From the NCBI RefSeq assembly GCF_024227015.1, contig NZ_JAAELD010000138.1, forward strand, positions 1-34,632: a stretch of 34,632 nt of DNA. The letters run 5' to 3'. The position numbers and the translations under genes are program-made. Below, in pieces: positions 29,889 through 34,632 of the stretch. The notes beneath the pieces are model-generated. The model saw nothing but the letters and a program-made list of their open reading frames with translations, made no database searches and was not told the origin of the DNA. How positions within the stretch are numbered: position 1 is the stretch's first letter; each line of letters opens with the position of its first letter. Origin of the DNA: Moraxella sp. Its GTDB lineage: Bacteria; Pseudomonadota; Gammaproteobacteria; Pseudomonadales; Moraxellaceae.

Positions 29889-30509
29889 TTATTTCTCGAA
29901 AAACACCTTTTTGACACGCATAACTATCACGATTGCCGCGATTGATAACACAACGATGGCCACGATTTTACTGATGGGTTCGATGAATGTAGCCACCGCT
30001 TCATAATTGGCACCCAGCACATAGCCAGCATACGCCAGCAGCGTCGTCCAGATTGCAGAACCTAAGGCGGTGAGCATCAAAAACGACAACATTGGCATGC
30101 GCGCCATGCCGGCAGGGATGGAGATGAGTGAGCGAATCGCAGGGATCATGCGCCCAAAGAAAATGACAGATTTGCCATATTTATCAAACCATTGCTGTGC
30201 GCTGGTGACATCTTCAGGCTTTATCAAAAAATATTTGCCATATTTCTCAGCAAGGCGATATAGGCGATTCTCATCCAAGATCGTACCCAAATAATACAAA
30301 GGCAGCGCACCTAGCACCGACCCCAACGTGCCTGCGAGGATAACAGCGATGAGATGCATCTGCCCCATGGCAGCAGCAAAGCCAGCAGCAGGCATGATAA
30401 GCTCACTGGGAATGGGTGGGAACACATTCTCCAAAAACATCATTAACGTCACGCCAAACAGACCCAACTTGTCCATCACGGCGAGCACCCACTGGCTGAT
30501 CGTGTCCAT
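29889..30509 (-). CDS. dedA: DedA-family membrane protein
   Basis: ENVFPPIPSE, GRMIPAIRSLISIPAG. Confidence 0.92.
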   Translation of the reverse strand: MDTISQWVLAVMDKLGLFGVTLMMFLENVFPPIPSELIMPAAGFAAAMGQMHLIAVILAGTLGSVLGALPLYYLGTILDENRLYRLAEKYGKYFLIKPEDVTSAQQWFDKYGKSVIFFGRMIPAIRSLISIPAGMARMPMLSFLMLTALGSAIWTTLLAYAGYVLGANYEAVATFIEPISKIVAIVVLSIAAIVIVMRVKKVFFEK

Positions 30510-30525
30510 AATACACCCGATAAAT

Positions 30526-30559
30526 AAGAAAACCAGTCACCTAAGTGATTGGTTTTCTT
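30526..30559 (-). terminator. Hairpin downstream of ssrA
   Basis: aagaaaaccagtcac-ctaa-gtgattggttttctt. Confidence 0.7.
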
Positions 30560-30578
30560 GAAATTTTTATAGTAAAAT

Positions 30579-30937
30579 TGGTGGAGATGGCGGGAGTTGA
30601 ACCCGCGTCCGCCAGCACTACGCCCATGACTCTACACGCTTAGAGTCTGTCTTTGGCTTTAATCCGCACCGACCCGACAGTCAGGGTGGATTGGACGATT
30701 TGCTAAGAGTTTCGCACCTGTCATCGCAACGCTAACAGATGCTATCCTTTGTGCGTTCGCATCGGGGTGAGCAACCAGACCAAAGGCAATCTGTGCCGAC
30801 CCAAGTAGCCCTTAGGCTGCTAGTGCGTAAGTTTCGTCGTTTGCGACTATTTTAAATGTATGTTGATTTACAAGAGGCATACGCTCTTGACGTGCATCAT
30901 TAGGTTTCATCACCAGCGTCGAAGCCAGAACATCCCC
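30579..30937 (-). ncRNA. ssrA: tmRNA
   Basis: 5' GGGGATGTTCTGGCTTCGAC, 3' GGTTCAACTCCCGCCATCTCCACCA; tag frame 30844-30812 reads ANDETYALAA*. Confidence 0.97.
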
Positions 30938-31019
30938 TAGATAACAACATTGTAACAAATAACACCATCAACCGCAATGCATGCAATGTTATATTTTGTA
31001 TCCATGTTTTGCTTGTTCA

Positions 31020-31793
31020 TCAGTGGCGAAAGGCTACTTCTTTGCCGTTTTTGTCGATGTAATGCGCGTGGTCATCATGGATGACGTAGGCGATTCCCTC
31101 GATAAAGTTGGCAGGTGTGTCGTAGATGGCTTGGATGACCAGATCACCTCTGGGGTTGATGTAGCCATACTTATAGCCGTCGTCGCCTTTGATGCCAACG
31201 GATGCCAACCCCTCAGAGAAGTCTTCAGCGACATCATAAGTTGGTCCGATGACCTGCTGACCATTCTTATCGATAAAGCCCCATTTGCCATCTACTTTTA
31301 TGCGCACCAGACCACCCTCGAACCAGTCGCCTGTATCGGTATAGATGGGCTTGATGACAACTTTACCTTTTTTGTCGATGAAGCCATATTTACCATTGCT
31401 TTCAATCTTGGCTCGACCTTCCCAAAACCCCCAAGCGCCAGTGAACTGCGGCTTAATGACGATTCTGCCCTTGGGATTGATGTAGCCGTATCGCTTGCCT
31501 TGCTTGATGAGTGCCATGCCATCATCGAAATTTTCCGCCATATCGAACATTGGCTCGATGATGATTTTGCCGTGGGTGTTGGCATAGCCATATTTGCCAT
31601 CTTTGGTGACGACGGTTAGGTTTTCGTTGTATTGGCAGTCTTCGCTCTCTTTGGCGAAATGATAACCTTCTGGCAAGCTGATTCTGCTTTCACAAGAAAC
31701 AAACTCTTCTGTTAGGTCGAAGGTTTTCGCGTCTTGGGCGATCGCAGCCGTGCAGCACAGCGCAACGAGACAAGGAATGTATGCTAACTTCAT
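31020..31793 (-). CDS. Secreted WG-repeat (KWG) protein
   Basis: Signal peptide; five full repeats plus one partial of K(Y/W)G(Y/F)I(D/N)xxGxxVI.P.(Y/F)...F.EG.A. Confidence 0.88.
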   Translation of the reverse strand: MKLAYIPCLVALCCTAAIAQDAKTFDLTEEFVSCESRISLPEGYHFAKESEDCQYNENLTVVTKDGKYGYANTHGKIIIEPMFDMAENFDDGMALIKQGKRYGYINPKGRIVIKPQFTGAWGFWEGRAKIESNGKYGFIDKKGKVVIKPIYTDTGDWFEGGLVRIKVDGKWGFIDKNGQQVIGPTYDVAEDFSEGLASVGIKGDDGYKYGYINPRGDLVIQAIYDTPANFIEGIAYVIHDDHAHYIDKNGKEVAFRH

Positions 31794-31832
31794 GATAAAT
31801 TGAACAAAATAACCAAAAATCTAACTATTGTA

Positions 31833-34595
31833 TCATGCCAAAGCTTCGATCACAGCAATTTTTAATGTATTTAATTTGTCAGCGCTTAGCGTTTGACCGT
31901 CTTTATCACTCAAATAAAACACGTCTTCGGCACGCTCTCCTAAGGTGGTGATGCGCGCGCCATGCACCTCGATGCCCAGACGGCTAAATATCAGCCCAAG
32001 GCGCGCCAATAACGCCGGTCTATCCTTGGTGATCAAGGACATCATGTGATGACCTGTGCGCGCCACCGAAGTCGCCTCGCTGAACTGCACCTGCGTGGGC
32101 ACAGTGAAGTGCTTAAGCTGGCCATCTAGGGTGAAATTACGCGCAGAGATTTGGCTCTCACCGCTCTTTAAGGCGTGCATGAGCCTGGCGGTGAGTGTCT
32201 GCCGCCTGATGTCATTGGTCAAGATGTCATCACGTTCAGCACCTTGGATGGCGTAGCGATCGATGACGACATACGAGTCTAGCGCCGCAGGCTTGCCATC
32301 GATGTCAGCGGTCAAGATGGTCGCATCCAATACGGACAGCCCCATGTGATCAAGCACGCCCACAGTCGCGGCGAACAGGTCGTCTTGGTCGTAGGTGCAG
32401 ATGAATAATTGCACAGCGTTCAGCGCAAGGTCGGAATGCGCGCGCAGAGCGATGACTGGCTTGTTATCAGCCAATGTGGACTTATTGGCGAGTATCTCAG
32501 AGGTCTGCCATGCGATGTCATGGTGTTTTTGCTTCAAGAAGAAATCATCACCAAAATCTTGCCATAGCGCATCGATGTCAGCAGGAGGGATAGCCGTGAG
32601 TAGCTGTTTGGCTTTATCCTTGCGATTGGCGATGACGGCATTCAAGTCAGCAGCAGATGCACCCAGACTAAGAACTCGGTGCGTGCTGATGTACAGCTGC
32701 TTTAAAAGGCTGGCGCGCCACGTATTCCACAGCTGGCTGTTCGTGGCGTTCATGTCAGCAACGGTGAGCACATACAGATGATTCAGATGTGCGATGGTAC
32801 CTGTAAATTCAGCAAAGTTTGCGATGATTTCAGGGTCAAAAATATCTTGTTTTTGGGCGGTTAGCGACATGGTGAGATGTTCGCGCACAAGCCACGCCAC
32901 AAACTCAACATCTTCATCATCCAGTCCATGTGCACGCCCAAATTCATACACGTCTTGCGCACCAAGCTGACTATGGTCTCCGCCCCGCCCTTTGGCGATG
33001 TCGTGGAATAGTGCCGCGATGACCAGCAAATCTTTGCGGTTGATTTTTTGATAGACTTCGCTGACTAAGTCGAATTTTTGACTGTATTCTGCATTCATGG
33101 TATCGCCAAAGCGGTGCAAAATACGGATCAGTAGCAGCGTATGCGCATCCACCGTATAACGATGAAATAGATCGTACTGCATCAGCCCCATGATCTGCCC
33201 AAAGGCTGGCAGATAATTTCCCAATATGCCATATCGCTTCATGATGCGTAAGCGATGATACAGGTAGTTATTTTCTTGTAAATTTGCCAAAAATAACGCA
33301 CGATGCTTAAGGTTGGCCCGATAAGCATCGTCAATCAGATGGCTTGACAGATATAATGCGCGCAGGGTACTGGCGGCAATTTTTTTGATGCCGTGCTGAC
33401 CCATGACCAAAAAAATGCGTAATAAATTTTCGGGTTTTTTGATAAAAATATCGTCGTCTTTGGCGAATATCTGAGCATCTTGGCGAGTGATTTTACCATC
33501 TCGAATCTGAACCTCTTCTGCCACGCCGTCCACATGCAGACTAGAATCGATGGGGGTTTCGTTCTGGATGATCTGCAGAAAATCCTCGTCGATCTCGACC
33601 GCTTCATATTCAGGCTCAAGATAACTTTCGTTATAGTAGGCGCACAGCATCTCAGACAGCGCCGCAACCTGCATCGCGTGACGATAATAGGTGCGCATCA
33701 TCGCTTCAAGTGCGGCGGTAAGCGTGTCTGCATCAGCATCATCTTGTATTAGGTGCAGGCGTTTGGCGATGTTTTTTTGATGATCAAACAGCAGCCTATC
33801 CTCGCAGCGACCTGTTAGTGCGTGCAGATGGTGACGAATACACCATAGGAATTTTTTGGCATTTTGTAGGGCGTTTAGCTCATCCTGACTCAAAAATCCC
33901 ACACCTGATAAATCACCAAACTCTTTGACATCATCAAAATAAAACTTAGCCAGCCACACCAAAATGTGCAAGTCTCTTAATGTTCCTGGGGCGGATTTGA
34001 TGTTTGGCTCTAAGTTGTATTCGGTGGCGTTATGACTAAGGTAGCGCGCCTTCGATTCTCCAGTTTTGGCGATAAAAAACGCCTTAGCACTCCATGCGTT
34101 TTTTACCGATTCGGTTGGAATATGGCGAAGTGCGTCGTTGCCTGCGATCAGGCGCGCCTCCAAAAGCGCAGTCGCAACCGTATGATCGGTCACAGCAATC
34201 GCCGTATCTGCCACATCGCGCACGCTGATGGCGGGGGTGATGCCGATGTCCCATAGAGTTGCCACGAACTGCTCAATGTCTTTGGTGTGTGAATTAAGGT
34301 CATCAGCAAGAATCAGAATATCAACATCAGAGCATAGGAAAAGCTCACCACGACCATATCCACCGATGGCAAATAGCCCAAGCTCATCAGACAACATCTC
34401 ATCAAAAATACGAGCAAGCACCCGATCCATCGCCTGCGTTCTCAGTGCAACATAATCCTCAATCACATCAAGCGCGCCTAATCCCAAATCTGTGATACGA
34501 CGATCAATCTGAGCATTTAATTCAGTCAGATAGCCTTTATAGGAGATGGGGTCAAAAGATGGCAAGGGAGGTAGATTTATCATAGTATTTGGCAT
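31833..34595 (-). CDS. glnD: [Protein-PII] uridylyltransferase / uridylyl-removing enzyme
   Basis: AIGGYGRGEL..SDVD, LEPNIK..PG.LRD, HRYTVDAH, HDIAKGRGGDHS, two ACT domains (DRPALL, ITTLGERAEDVF). Confidence 0.96.
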   Translation of the reverse strand: MPNTMINLPPLPSFDPISYKGYLTELNAQIDRRITDLGLGALDVIEDYVALRTQAMDRVLARIFDEMLSDELGLFAIGGYGRGELFLCSDVDILILADDLNSHTKDIEQFVATLWDIGITPAISVRDVADTAIAVTDHTVATALLEARLIAGNDALRHIPTESVKNAWSAKAFFIAKTGESKARYLSHNATEYNLEPNIKSAPGTLRDLHILVWLAKFYFDDVKEFGDLSGVGFLSQDELNALQNAKKFLWCIRHHLHALTGRCEDRLLFDHQKNIAKRLHLIQDDADADTLTAALEAMMRTYYRHAMQVAALSEMLCAYYNESYLEPEYEAVEIDEDFLQIIQNETPIDSSLHVDGVAEEVQIRDGKITRQDAQIFAKDDDIFIKKPENLLRIFLVMGQHGIKKIAASTLRALYLSSHLIDDAYRANLKHRALFLANLQENNYLYHRLRIMKRYGILGNYLPAFGQIMGLMQYDLFHRYTVDAHTLLLIRILHRFGDTMNAEYSQKFDLVSEVYQKINRKDLLVIAALFHDIAKGRGGDHSQLGAQDVYEFGRAHGLDDEDVEFVAWLVREHLTMSLTAQKQDIFDPEIIANFAEFTGTIAHLNHLYVLTVADMNATNSQLWNTWRASLLKQLYISTHRVLSLGASAADLNAVIANRKDKAKQLLTAIPPADIDALWQDFGDDFFLKQKHHDIAWQTSEILANKSTLADNKPVIALRAHSDLALNAVQLFICTYDQDDLFAATVGVLDHMGLSVLDATILTADIDGKPAALDSYVVIDRYAIQGAERDDILTNDIRRQTLTARLMHALKSGESQISARNFTLDGQLKHFTVPTQVQFSEATSVARTGHHMMSLITKDRPALLARLGLIFSRLGIEVHGARITTLGERAEDVFYLSDKDGQTLSADKLNTLKIAVIEALA

Positions 34596-34632
34596 AAGCT
34601 TGGTGATTGATGTGAAGGGTTACAATCTTCAG

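Noticed and set aside
29806-30006. 66-aa plus-strand ORF
   Set aside because: Overlaps tRNA-Ser and dedA on the opposite strand
30510-30578. Prophage or island integrated at the ssrA 3' end
   Set aside because: Only a hairpin and the core gene dedA follow; no integrase or repeated ssrA end was seen
30981-31619. 212-aa plus-strand ORF
   Set aside because: Antisense shadow of the WG-repeat gene; its repetitiveness mirrors those repeats

Overview
Chromosomal window from a Moraxellaceae bacterium, most likely Moraxella (inferred from the tmRNA tag ANDETYALAA and the gene content). It is mostly core genes: a partial YgjP/M48 peptidase, OmpA lipoprotein, acyltransferase, minCDE, cytochrome b561, an orphan MFP, an OmpR-type two-component pair, prc, a nagZ-ppaC fusion ORF, leuE, glcB, aceA, ubiC, glyA, a lipocalin, fadH, a TIGR01244-like protein, map, tRNA-Ser(GGA), dedA, ssrA, a WG-repeat protein and glnD. 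Two accessory patches stand out. (1) At 15559-16170, two inverted 63-bp GTAG-type REP doublets enclose a slice of a polymorphic-toxin array: a possible toxin tail, an intact AT-rich immunity-like gene, and a truncated HINT C-terminal fragment. (2) At 27034-29428, next to the tRNA-Ser 3' end, is an AT-rich islet encoding a HEPN protein, an HNH nuclease and a coupled SAM methyltransferase, a candidate defence system. Other oddities are a pore-less voltage-sensor-like membrane protein upstream of minC, the NagZ-PpaC fusion, a 46-aa tail on GlyA and a structured aceA leader. All calls come from motif recognition by eye; no database searches were run.
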